Of a DNA stretch of 64,000 nucleotides, positions 29,638 through 39,744 are shown piece after piece. Origin of the DNA: Candidatus Omnitrophota bacterium (GTDB lineage Bacteria > Hinthialibacterota > Hinthialibacteria > Hinthialibacterales > Hinthialibacteraceae); contig QZKN01000050.1 of assembly GCA_003598175.1 (NCBI GenBank), forward strand, positions 57,334-121,333, written 5' to 3'. The position numbers were made by a program, and so were the translations under genes. Each line of letters starts with the position of its first letter. Position 1 is the first letter of the stretch. A model generated the notes under the pieces. It was not told the DNA's origin. It saw only the letters and a program-made list of their open reading frames with translations, and searched no databases.

Positions 29638-31691
29638 TGAACGCAAAACATTTCATATTCACCGCATTCTTGATTTGTGTAGGGATGGCGCAAATAAGCC
29701 CGGCCGATCAACTTCCCATCCAAACCAGACCGGCGCTGGATCAGGACAACAGCATTTTGAATTATCTTCAGCGAGCGGCCAGCGAGGTGACTCATCATTC
29801 GCTCGACGGGATCGACTCGCTGGACGCTTGGAAACGGGTACGGGAACAGCGATACAATGAATTTCTGGAAATGATGAGTCTGACCGACGTTCCCATGACC
29901 GGCGAGCGTCCGCCGCTGAACGTTCACGTCGTCGATACCATTCAGCAGGATGGTTTTCGCATCGTCAAACTCTATTATGAATCGCTGCCGAATCTTTATG
30001 TGCCCGCGGATTTGTACATTCCCGACGGAATCACCAAACCGGTTCCCGGCGTGCTGTACGTTTGCGGGCATTCTCGCATCCAGAAAGTGCATTATCAGCC
30101 GTTTTCCCGTCGTTTTGCACAACTGGGCTTCGTCTGTCTGATCATCGAAACGATTCAATGGGGCGAAGTGTTGGGTTCGCATTGGGGATGCTATTCGGAA
30201 GGCCGCTTTCATTGGTACAGCCGGGGGTACACGCCGGGCGGGGTGGAACTGTGGAACTCGATTCGTGGGCTCGATTTGTTATGTTCCCGCGAGGAAGTCG
30301 ATCCGGAAAAGCTGGGCGTGACCGGAATTTCCGGCGGAGGCGCATACACGTGGTATCTCGCCGCCGCCGATCCGCGTATTAAAGTCGCCGCGCCGGTCTG
30401 CGGCACGGGAACCGTGGAAGCGCACGTCCATCAGCGCACGATTGACGGGCACTGCGACTGCATGATGCCGATCAACACCTACCTGCGCGACGTGCACGAC
30501 ATGGGCGCGCTGATTGCGCCGCGTCCGTTGATGGTGGCATCCGCCAATCGCGACGGACTCTTCTCCATCGAATCCATCCGCCAATCGGTTGCTTACATCA
30601 GACAAATATATAACCTGTACGGCGCGGATGATAACCTGAAACTGGTGGAAACGCCCGGCGGACATTCCTATCATGAAACGTCCCGCACCAAAATTTTCTC
30701 GTTCTTCATCCACCATTTGATGGGAAAAGACGCGCCGCCCGAAACCGTCGGCGATATTGAATTGGATAAAGAAAAATTACTTTCCGTCGATCAACTTCGG
30801 ATTTACGTTGACGGTCCACCGGCGGATGATCGGACCACGACCATTCAGGACTCGTTTCAAAAAATGGCGGAGCCGCCGGTCATCGAAAATCTCGATGCGT
30901 TGAAAGCGCATCGGGAAAAAGTCGTGGCGTTCCTGCGAGAAAAAACTTTTCGCCATTTCCCCGAAAATCCCCCCGATCCGAAAATCCGCCTGGAATTTCG
31001 CGACGGCGAAGGCAATGGCGGCAGCGATGATGTAAGTTTTATCTCGGAAGAAGGGTACCGGCTGAAGGTTTCGCTGCAATGGCGTCACAATCACAATGAA
31101 AAAAATCCGACGTTGCTCGTTTTACGCAGCCCCAACGAAAATCGTTGGGAGTCGGAAGGCTTTTCGGGTGGATTGCCGAACAACTGGAATCGAGCCTTTT
31201 TCGAAACGCGAGGCATCGGCGAAACCAGCTGGGGACCGGAATTGCAATGGCACATCCGCCGCGCCGCGGCATGGGCGGGGCGCACGGTCGCCTCGATGCG
31301 GGTCTATGACGTGCTCCGCTGTTTGCAGACCCTGCGCGAATTGGAAAGTGTGGACGGCGAAACCATCGCCATCGCGGCGCGCGGGGAAATGTGCGTCATC
31401 GCGTTATACGCGGCGCTCCTCGATGGAAAAGTACACACGCTGTTATTGCAGAATCCCCCGCCGACCCAAAACGCGGAAAGCGCCAAGGACGGCCGCGGAG
31501 AAGCAATCGAGATGCTGAATTGCCTGCGCATCACCGATTTGCCGCAGGTCGCGGGAATCGTATGGCCGACGAAAGTGTTCTTTATTGGAAAACCGCATGA
31601 AAATTATCAGTGGGCGATGGAGACCTGTCAAAATATAGGGCAAAAAGAACGGATCGGCGTCTTGCAGGGAATAGCGGATTGGAAACCGTGA
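29638..31691 (+). CDS. alpha/beta hydrolase family protein (acetyl-xylan-esterase / S9-peptidase-like), secreted
   Basis: Nucleophile elbow GISGGG, dienelactone-hydrolase-like core, signal peptide. AGGGGAG RBS before ATG 29638. Confidence 0.65.
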
Positions 31692-32114
31692 GATAGGCTG
31701 AAGGCTAAACTATAAACACTGAATACTGCCGTACACAAAGAAATCTTTTTTTTCGAATCGATTGTTTCAGAATTCAGGAGTCAGAAGACAGAATTCTGAA
31801 TCACGGATTTCGCGGATTATTTGGATTACATGGATTTTTTTTTCAGGTTTATGAGTGCAACCTTCAGTCCTCTGTCTTCAGCCTGAACTCCTACCAACAG
31901 ATATGAAAAAAACGGCCTTTCTTTGTGTCCCCGAATTGTAGATCAAGATCAGGCTTAAACTCCTCGTGAGAAAAAAGAACAGCGTCGTTTCTGTCCATGT
32001 TCAAAGCCTTTCAGGTTTTAAAAATATCTATTGCATGATAAAATGAAATCCAGTTCATATTTATAAGAGCAATCAAAATTTTACGATTTCAGCAAACAAA
32101 TTGAGGTGTAGAAG

Positions 32115-32333
32115 ATGGAAACATCGTCCTTGCAACGGGCTATCGATACGGTCGAAGCCTTGTCTTGTGAAGATCAGGAGATACTGTTTGAATTGATCAA
32201 GAAACGCCGAGTTGAGCAGCGTCGAAGCGAAATTGCCTTGAATGCCAAGAAAACTTTGCTGGCTCTTCATGAGGGGCGAGCGAGAATCGGCGCGATTGAT
32301 GACCTCAAAAAAGATCTTTTAGATGAATCATGA
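32115..32333 (+). CDS. type II antitoxin (partner of YafQ/RelE-like toxin)
   Basis: 72-aa protein immediately upstream of the toxin with a 4-nt overlap. GAGGTG RBS. Confidence 0.55.
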   Translation: METSSLQRAIDTVEALSCEDQEILFELIKKRRVEQRRSEIALNAKKTLLALHEGRARIGAIDDLKKDLLDES

Positions 32334-32614
32334 GAAAACTGGTTTGGGGAAATAGTTTTCGGCGTGAACTCAAACGCCTGATACACGATCATCCACACTT
32401 GTCGAATAAAGTTTTTTCTGTTTTGGAAAAACTATTGGTTAATCCTTATAATCCCTCCTTAAAAACACATAAACTAAGCGGAAAATTGGAAGGATTGTGG
32501 TCCTGTTGGGTCGAATACGATTGCCGGATTGTGTTTACTTTTTCAAACAATCCCACGACAAATGAAGATTTAATTGTTTTGATTGATATAGGCAAGCATG
32601 AAGATGTGTATTAA
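32330..32614 (+). CDS. YafQ/RelE-family mRNA interferase toxin
   Basis: LKTHKLSGKLEGLWSCWVEYDCRIVFTF...DLIVLIDIGKHEDVY matches the YafQ/RelE C-terminal catalytic region. Confidence 0.7.
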   Translation: MRKLVWGNSFRRELKRLIHDHPHLSNKVFSVLEKLLVNPYNPSLKTHKLSGKLEGLWSCWVEYDCRIVFTFSNNPTTNEDLIVLIDIGKHEDVY

Positions 32615-32616
32615 TG

Positions 32617-32745
32617 ACGCACCGACAAAAAGTCGGATTATATATAGAATCGGCACATATTGTAGTATCAATCAACAATCTGCCACTATATATTGTGCAG
32701 ACAGGATGTCCGCACCACAATTTTCGACTTTTTTTACCAGGGCAT
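32617..32745. repeat. MITE/REP-like intergenic repeat, copy B (full length, ~129 bp)
   Basis: Imperfect terminal inverted repeats gacaaaaagtcgg / cgactttttttac. Internal hairpin acatattgt-agtatcaatca-acaatctg. Followed at 32757..32782 by a caagggcag...ctgcccttg hairpin. Confidence 0.7.
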
Positions 32746-32809
32746 CATTAAAGAATTGTGCGGCAAGGGCAGAGTCGTTTCTGCCCTTGCTTTGGCAGCC
32801 TTATCATTT

Positions 32810-34231
32810 TTAATAAATCGACCACTGACCGACGTACGTATCGCCGATCACGTACCGGCCATACCCATACACCTGACTCAAATACAGAATCTCACAAGCG
32901 CCGTCGGCATAGCCCGGCTGACGGTACACTTTCACCTGGCTCATGATTCCATTCCACACGGCGGCGAGATTGGAGGCGGCGGAAGGCTCGTCGGATTCAG
33001 CCGGCGGGCGTTCCTTTGTGCTTCCGAATATGACATCGCCTAAAAATGCTCCCACCGGCGGATCGCCCACGACGGAATAGGCCGTGACAAAGCCAGGTTT
33101 GTCGAATTCGTTGGCATTGGTTTGCTGACCCCAACTTGGCGAGGTGGCCACGACGATATAATCCAAATCCGGATGCGTGGCGACATCGCTGGCCCAGCGA
33201 TTTGGAAGCGCATGGTTCCAGCCGTCTGCGCCTTCCGGGGCGGTTGGCTTAAACAATTCTTCGGAATCTTGAACATAGGAAACGCCGTCCCAAATATACC
33301 GGTCGATTCGATTGCTGCTGACATTACTGGCCTGATAAATCACTTCCTCGCCATATTCATCGATCACTGGCACACTGCAGCCGCCCGTTTCGCCGAAGCA
33401 GCCATTTTTCGTATTGCCGTAATCGCCCTTGATCGTCCACGTGTTGGTGGTGGCGTCCACGTCGAACACACGAATGCGCATGCCGTTGCGCCAGGTTTTT
33501 CCGCTCGCGATAACGCGCGTGTTCGCGCCGGAGCCGATGACTTCTATGTCTCCGAACCGCCATTGCGATAAACGATTCGTTCCGCCGTAATTGCGGTAAT
33601 CGTGTTCATAGGCGATTGTCGGCCCCGTAAAGCCGCCCTGGCCATCCGGATCCCAGCGAAGAATCATGTACCAATACCCCAGATAAATGACGCCGTCGTC
33701 GGATACGTCGAAATTCATATATTCCGGCGCGCTTTGTGGGCCGGAAACGAACCGCCGGTTTTTCGGATCGGCCCATCCCTCGATGGCCGGATTTCCCGAA
33801 CCGCCGTCGATCATGGATTCATACTCGTCCGACAATGCAACCGGCTTGAAACCGACGTGAATCGCCACGCCCAGCGGCGACCCATCTTCCGGATTGATCC
33901 AAATGATGGATCGATCCGGATATTGCGCCGCCAGCGCGGCATTGTGATTCGGATCGGTTTCGTCGATGCCGTTGTCGCGGATTCCCAGCATGAGCCGGTT
34001 TTCGTCGTAGCGTATAAAACCGTCGTATTGGTCGTGAAGGTTTACTCCGTACCACGGTCCATCCTCCGGATCGCCATCCCAGCGCGGATCCGCCGGTCCA
34101 TTCACCAAAATCGGCAGAACACTGCCGCCGTCGATGAGGGTACGCTCCCAAACAGGAGTGATATCGAGCGCATACGCGACCGGCATACTCAAACACCCAA
34201 TCAGGAGCACAAAATAAATTGCTTTTTTCAT
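32810..34231 (-). CDS. hypothetical secreted protein
   Basis: Signal peptide MKKAIYFVLLIGCLSMPVAYA. No recognised catalytic motif. Confidence 0.5.
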   Translation of the reverse strand: MKKAIYFVLLIGCLSMPVAYALDITPVWERTLIDGGSVLPILVNGPADPRWDGDPEDGPWYGVNLHDQYDGFIRYDENRLMLGIRDNGIDETDPNHNAALAAQYPDRSIIWINPEDGSPLGVAIHVGFKPVALSDEYESMIDGGSGNPAIEGWADPKNRRFVSGPQSAPEYMNFDVSDDGVIYLGYWYMILRWDPDGQGGFTGPTIAYEHDYRNYGGTNRLSQWRFGDIEVIGSGANTRVIASGKTWRNGMRIRVFDVDATTNTWTIKGDYGNTKNGCFGETGGCSVPVIDEYGEEVIYQASNVSSNRIDRYIWDGVSYVQDSEELFKPTAPEGADGWNHALPNRWASDVATHPDLDYIVVATSPSWGQQTNANEFDKPGFVTAYSVVGDPPVGAFLGDVIFGSTKERPPAESDEPSAASNLAAVWNGIMSQVKVYRQPGYADGACEILYLSQVYGYGRYVIGDTYVGQWSIY

Positions 34232-34265
34232 CGAATTTTCCTTTCTATTAACATATAATACCCAT

Positions 34266-34295
34266 CGTAGGGGCGGTTCGCGAACCGCCCCTACG
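34266..34295. promoter_or_regulatory. 30-bp perfect palindrome cgtaggggcggttcgcgaaccgcccctacg
   Basis: Exact dyad symmetry read directly from the sequence. It lies 35 bp upstream of the 32810..34231 gene start and about 120 bp downstream of the radical SAM gene stop. Followed by the aatgtaacgccggcatcctgccggc motif. Confidence 0.5.
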
Positions 34296-34412
34296 ATAAT
34301 GTAACGCCGGCATCCTGCCGGCTTTGCCGTATCATGTTGCAGAGATGTTTAATGAGAATTAATATGGTACAATTCAAGTTCATTTATTCAAGTAACAAAA
34401 TGGCGAATGTAT

Positions 34413-35312
34413 TTACAAATCGAATCGATTCAATCCACTCTGCAAAGCCACTTCCCTTGCCTGTTGAATCTCGGATACACGCGCTGGCCGATTGATTTCT
34501 TCCACCGCATTCGCTTTCCAGCAAGGCCGGTATTGTCCCATGATATTGACGAATGTGTTTGGCGATATCTTTTCGGCCAGAAACCGCATGATTTCTTGCG
34601 TTCCCGCCTGGTTGTTGGGCAAAACCAAATGGCGGATCAAAAGTCCCCGCCGGGCGATGCCATGATCGTCCAACACCAAATCCCCCACCTGCCGATGCAT
34701 TTCTTTTACCGCGTTGCGCGCGATTTCCGGATAGTCGCCCGCCTGCGAGAAGCGTTCGGCGACCGTGGAATCCCCATATTTGAAATCGGGCATATAGATA
34801 TCGATAATGCCTTCCAATAAGCGCAGAACTTCGACCGAATCGTACCCACCGGTGTTGTAAACCAACGGAAGTTGAAAACCGTTTTCCACGGCAATCGCCA
34901 CCGCATCAAGAATTTGCGGTACGACGTGAGTCGGTGTAACAAAATTCACGTTGTGGCATCCCATTTTTTGCAGTTGCAGCATGAACACGGCAATCAATTC
35001 ATCGGTCGCTTCATCTCCTTCGTGAAGATGGCTGAGCGTATAGTTTTGGCAGTAAATGCAGTTGAGATTGCAGCCGGAAAAAAAGATGGCGCCCGAACCG
35101 TGAACGCCTCGCAGGCAGTTTTCCTCGCCATGATGGGGAAATGCGGACGAAACGAGAGCCGTCGCGCCGATTCCACAGACGCCTTGTTCGTTTTTCAGGC
35201 GATTGATTCCGCAGGCGCGCGGGCATAGACGGCACGATTCCAACATATCCCACGCCTGCCGCGATCGTTCTCGAATCGTTTCGATGGCAAGTGTGGCGCA
35301 AAATGGTTTCAT
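34413..35312 (-). CDS. radical SAM protein, PflX-like (COG1313)
   Basis: GCNLNCIYCQNY (CxxxCxxC) preceded by the extra N-terminal cysteine cluster CRLCPRAC...C. AGGTGG RBS before the MKPFCATLAIE start. ORF-track start 35480 judged an over-extension. Confidence 0.7.
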   Translation of the reverse strand: MKPFCATLAIETIRERSRQAWDMLESCRLCPRACGINRLKNEQGVCGIGATALVSSAFPHHGEENCLRGVHGSGAIFFSGCNLNCIYCQNYTLSHLHEGDEATDELIAVFMLQLQKMGCHNVNFVTPTHVVPQILDAVAIAVENGFQLPLVYNTGGYDSVEVLRLLEGIIDIYMPDFKYGDSTVAERFSQAGDYPEIARNAVKEMHRQVGDLVLDDHGIARRGLLIRHLVLPNNQAGTQEIMRFLAEKISPNTFVNIMGQYRPCWKANAVEEINRPARVSEIQQAREVALQSGLNRFDL

Positions 35313-35478
35313 GGCATTCCACCTGTCAAAATGTAACTTTGGCATCCTGCCGGCACAGACGCCAAGGGCAGCATCGTTTCTGCCCTTGCGGATTTCACGT
35401 AATCTTATCATGATTCCTGCAGGAATCCAAACAACGTTGCCGTTGCAACCGGCGCCAAAGAGATCATAGAGGGAAACC

Positions 35479-35994
35479 ATGGATAATCATAACCGTTACG
35501 AAAAATACTCGTTATGGATTATTTTTCTATCCAACCTCGTATCTCTCTCAATTTACGCGATCGGAATTTATATCGTTGCGATTTTTGGAACTCCGTTTTT
35601 GGTTTGTTATCTTTTGTTTTGTGGTTGGATTGAAATGAACGTAATGAGATGGAGTTGTCGAAGCTGTTATTATTATGGAAAAGTATGCGCTTTCGGAAAA
35701 GGAAAATTATGCTCCTTCCTGTTCAATCGGAAAGATGGAAAAGAATTTACGGAGAGAAAAATTCGTTGGTACAACATCCTGCCGGATTTTATGGTGTTTC
35801 TGATTCCCCTGTGTTTAGGTATATTCTCACTTTTTCGCAATTTCAGCTGGTTGATTGGATTGCTGCTTCTATTGTTGCTGTTGCTTTCTTTCGCGGGAAA
35901 TGCATTCATCCACGGTTCGCTCGCCTGCAAGTATTGCAAACAGCAGGATATGGGATGTCCGGCGCTGGAACTGTTCAATAAGAAGAACGTTTGA
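35479..35994 (+). CDS. hypothetical Cys-rich polytopic membrane protein (AT-rich gene)
   Basis: 3-4 TM segments, poly-Leu tract, and cysteine clusters CRSCYYYGKVCAFGKGKLC and CKYCKQQDMGC. Visibly lower GC than neighbours. Confidence 0.45.
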   Translation: MDNHNRYEKYSLWIIFLSNLVSLSIYAIGIYIVAIFGTPFLVCYLLFCGWIEMNVMRWSCRSCYYYGKVCAFGKGKLCSFLFNRKDGKEFTERKIRWYNILPDFMVFLIPLCLGIFSLFRNFSWLIGLLLLLLLLLSFAGNAFIHGSLACKYCKQQDMGCPALELFNKKNV

Positions 35995-36057
35995 TTGCAC
36001 AGCGCCGATGCAGACGGCAAGGGCAATGGCGTTCTAGCCCCCCTATTCTTTTTTCGT

Positions 36058-38295
36058 TCATGAACCGGGTGATGAAATCAGATCACAATACCTGCCTAGC
36101 CAATACGGCAGAAGCCAGAAGACTCCGCAGCTTTCCAATCGCCCCTGCGCATCATGAAAATCGCCGGAAACGGCTTCCCACGGATTTTTATCCCAGCGCA
36201 TGACGCCGCGTTCGCTTGGCGGCAACATGCGGTCGAGTTGCAGCGGCTCGAGCATCGGCCTTCGGACTAATTGGATATCCTCGCGTCGGGAATTGTCGAC
36301 TGTCCACTGCCGTAAGTCGAGAGGGCAATCGCGCAAAAAGGCAACGCTATCCTCGAGATGAAAATTTGTCCCGCCGACAAGCGCGAAAATGAAATGGTTG
36401 AACGGATTCTGATCCTGTTCGATGGTACGATAGGCCCAGGTCAGGCCTTCCAGATAAATCGAGCGTAGTCGAGGATCGTTTTCATATAGCAACAGCCCGG
36501 GCGCGGCCAACGCCAGCAGCTCGTCGTCGATATGCGTGCGTTCGGACAGACCGTAGGCCTTTGGCCGACGCACGTTTTCCGCATACCCGTGATTTTCGAT
36601 CAAGTTGATATATTCATGCTGGTATTTTTCATTCGATGTAATATGATAAGTTGTTTTTAAAAACGACAGGATTTCAAACGAATTGATGGGACGTTCGACC
36701 TGCCAGTCCGGATCGTGATTCAGTTTTTCCGGCGACCACACGCCCCAGCGTGTGGCTTCGCCGTCGAGATCACGCAGGACGTAGCCGCCGTCGATGATAT
36801 GATCCATGATTTTTCCGACGTGACGGCGAATCCTCTCCTTCTGCGCATCGTCCGCCGCCAAATCATAATAAAACAGGTAGCCGAACATATGCCCGGTGAT
36901 TTCGTCGGAACTGGTGTCGCCTTTCCAAAGCCATTTGCCGTCCACCGATGGCCGCCAACGGGTTTCCACGACTTTATAACGTGGATCGTGGACGCGGCGT
37001 TCCACCGCTTCCGCAGGGGAAACCTTCTCGTTCGCGTCCGCCATTTCCGTCCAGGTTGCGGGGACGACTGTACGCGCCACGAATCCGTCTGTTTGGGTGA
37101 CGGTTTGCAGAAATTCGAGCGCATCGTAGGCCTGATCCGCGTTCGCCTTGGCCTGTGGATCTTTGGTTACGGCAAAACGCAGGCTTTCCATCGCCAAATA
37201 CATTGCGGTGTATTGCCCATCGTTGTCGTCGTCGCGCGGTAGAAATTGCGTCAAGTCGTTTGGATCGGGGAAAAAGCATTTTTCCACGAGTCCGGGCGGG
37301 CGCACGTGACGTTTCAAACAGATATCGAGGTAGTATTCCGCTTTTTCGGCGAGCGTCATTACGCGCTTTTTGATCGCGCTGACGCCGCCGGCGGTGGCAA
37401 TCCACACCGCTCCTTCCGCGTCGAAGGCAATATCGCGCACGTCGTCGCTGAGCAACCATCTGCGGCTATGCCGAAGAGACCAATTCACGCCGTCAAAGCG
37501 CGCAACGCCCAACGCCGTGCCGGCCCAAAGCGTTCCGTCCGGCGCGAAGGTTAATGAGCGTACGTCATAATACGGCAAACCTTCCTTGTTGGTAAAAGAA
37601 GCCGTTCGCGTCCCGTTTTCGTAAACATCGATCCCTCCCAAACCGCCGATCCACAGTCGGCCGTCCTCCGCAACCGCCAACGCATTGAGTTCCGCGGAAA
37701 TGAGTTCGTCGCCGCGATAATAGCGGCGCAAACCGTCTGCGTTTTGCCGGTACAAACCTACGCCGGTTGCAATCCATAAATCTCCATTCGGATCCAGCGC
37801 CGCAGCGCGCACGTTACGCGACCATCGCTCGTCGATTCTTCGCCATTCGTTTTGGTTCTGCTGACATGCGCCATCCGGTCCCATCACTATCATTCCATCC
37901 GCGGTCGAAACAATAATCGTAATGGGTAAATCCACGTCGGCAATTTTCGACGTCCCGGTTTTGTTTATACGATACAAGCCATCCCACGCTCCAATCCAAA
38001 CATCCCCGTTTTGATCGACGAACAGATTGAACACCGGCCCATTCGTAACGCCGGAATCCTTGATCCATTCGCCATTTCGCATAGTGAACAGACCATTTTT
38101 CGTTGCGGCATAAATCCATCCGTTTTGATCCACCGCAATTGCGCGCACATCATTGGCCGCGTCGCTCGCCGGGATCGGATAGGCTTCCCGATACTCCTGC
38201 AGGAACGGATCGTCGGCGATGGATGCGGCGGGGGATGTCGGATTCCCCACGCAAAAAACGGTAATCAGCCCCCATAATAATAATGGATGGATCAT
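36058..38295 (-). CDS. secreted protein with N-terminal two-component-regulator-type beta-propeller repeats and a large C-terminal domain of unknown function
   Basis: Repeated DxNGxxWIGTxxGLxxx propeller blades. Signal peptide MIHPLLLWGLITVFCVG. Start set at MIHPLL. Confidence 0.55.
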   Translation of the reverse strand: MIHPLLLWGLITVFCVGNPTSPAASIADDPFLQEYREAYPIPASDAANDVRAIAVDQNGWIYAATKNGLFTMRNGEWIKDSGVTNGPVFNLFVDQNGDVWIGAWDGLYRINKTGTSKIADVDLPITIIVSTADGMIVMGPDGACQQNQNEWRRIDERWSRNVRAAALDPNGDLWIATGVGLYRQNADGLRRYYRGDELISAELNALAVAEDGRLWIGGLGGIDVYENGTRTASFTNKEGLPYYDVRSLTFAPDGTLWAGTALGVARFDGVNWSLRHSRRWLLSDDVRDIAFDAEGAVWIATAGGVSAIKKRVMTLAEKAEYYLDICLKRHVRPPGLVEKCFFPDPNDLTQFLPRDDDNDGQYTAMYLAMESLRFAVTKDPQAKANADQAYDALEFLQTVTQTDGFVARTVVPATWTEMADANEKVSPAEAVERRVHDPRYKVVETRWRPSVDGKWLWKGDTSSDEITGHMFGYLFYYDLAADDAQKERIRRHVGKIMDHIIDGGYVLRDLDGEATRWGVWSPEKLNHDPDWQVERPINSFEILSFLKTTYHITSNEKYQHEYINLIENHGYAENVRRPKAYGLSERTHIDDELLALAAPGLLLYENDPRLRSIYLEGLTWAYRTIEQDQNPFNHFIFALVGGTNFHLEDSVAFLRDCPLDLRQWTVDNSRREDIQLVRRPMLEPLQLDRMLPPSERGVMRWDKNPWEAVSGDFHDAQGRLESCGVFWLLPYWLGRYCDLISSPGS

Positions 38296-38476
38296 ACTAG
38301 ACTGCTCTTTCTTATGATTACAAGTCATGGTCATCTCCTGAAGAGTGCGGGCGTCACGAGTTTTATGCAAATGGTTATAACGGTTCGGTTGTCATGATCG
38401 GCGTCCATACTTTTTTATACACTTCATTCCCTCAGGAAAGGGCAGGGAAGTGATGTTCCGCCTTGCATGAACTGTT

Positions 38477-39658
38477 TTATCCATGATGATTATCCAAAAT
38501 CCGTCGTACACCCTCTACCAGCAGTTCCGCCTGCCAGCGCATCATCGCACAGTCTTCCATCATGGCTTCGATCGTCCGCGGCCGTTTCCGCGCCAGCGAT
38601 GCCAGCATCGCCCGCGGCGCCAATACCGCCGGATCGATCCCCAAAGTTTCTGCTATCCGATAACATTCATCCCACAACGCCTCGACCACGCGGCTGCAAT
38701 CGGGTTCGCGATTTGGCGACGGCCGCGCTTTCCTTTTTTCCGGCCATTTCGACAGCGGCGTTTCCAACGCTTTTCGAATCGCACGTTCCAATGCGCGCAA
38801 CCGTCGTCCCTGACAATGCCGCGGCAGTCGCGGACCGTGCGCCAAGGATACGGACGGATGTGACGCCGCCCAAATCGCCAATTCCAAAATCGCCGGATTC
38901 CCCATGATCTTGAACGGCGGGCGATCGGCCCTTTGCGCCTCGTCTTCACGCCACCGCCAGATTCTGCGAACATAATTCATCACCCGCGGCTCCAGCAATC
39001 CTGTTCCTTTGATTCGCCAGGCATCATCCGGATCGCGAACCGCGTTGTTTTCCGTCGATAAAACCACGCGTTTGCACATTTCTCGATGCCATTCGAGTCG
39101 TCCCAATCCCTCCAATTCCCGCGTCAGCCGATCCGCCAGCGGTTCGAGGTATCGCGTGTCGTCACAGGCATAATCCAGCTGCGCCTCTGTCAACGGTCGC
39201 TGCGCCCAATCGGATTTTCGTCCTTTTTTCGTCAACGTCACGTCCAACAAGCGCTGCAGCAGATCCGCCAAGCCGAACAACTCATACCCCAGCAATTTTG
39301 CCGCCAGCATGGTATCGAATATGGCGTTCCGCGGGCGGAAACCGAACGAGTCGCGCATCATGCGCAGATCGTAATCCACGCCATGCAAAATCAACGGTTT
39401 CTCTACCAATTCGTTTAAAAAGGATTCGAGTTCCACTCCCGCCAACGGATCAACGATGTAACTCTCGTCGCCCATCGATAATTGCATGAGGCATACTTTT
39501 TGATAATAATAGTGCAATCCATTGCCTTCCGTGTCGAGAGCGATTCGCTCCGTCTTCCGCATCCGCGCAATCAAGAGATTCAACGCTTCTTGCGTATCAA
39601 CATAAATATAAGATAATACTTCCTTCCGATTCAACCCTAGTCCTTCCTTATTTTTCAT
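38477..39658 (-). CDS. rnd: ribonuclease D-like 3'-5' exonuclease (DEDDy + HRDC)
   Basis: IALDTEGNGLHYYYQKVCLMQLS...IVDPL and downstream Y-x3-D. C-terminal HRDC-like helical region. Start uncertain (M at 39658 or 39673). Confidence 0.6.
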   Translation of the reverse strand: MKNKEGLGLNRKEVLSYIYVDTQEALNLLIARMRKTERIALDTEGNGLHYYYQKVCLMQLSMGDESYIVDPLAGVELESFLNELVEKPLILHGVDYDLRMMRDSFGFRPRNAIFDTMLAAKLLGYELFGLADLLQRLLDVTLTKKGRKSDWAQRPLTEAQLDYACDDTRYLEPLADRLTRELEGLGRLEWHREMCKRVVLSTENNAVRDPDDAWRIKGTGLLEPRVMNYVRRIWRWREDEAQRADRPPFKIMGNPAILELAIWAASHPSVSLAHGPRLPRHCQGRRLRALERAIRKALETPLSKWPEKRKARPSPNREPDCSRVVEALWDECYRIAETLGIDPAVLAPRAMLASLARKRPRTIEAMMEDCAMMRWQAELLVEGVRRILDNHHG

Positions 39659-39744
39659 ATAAAAGAATTGCATTGCGGATATTCTATCCGCATTACTGCC
39701 GATTATCGATTTCTTTACGTCATGATTGCATTCGCTGAGAGCAT

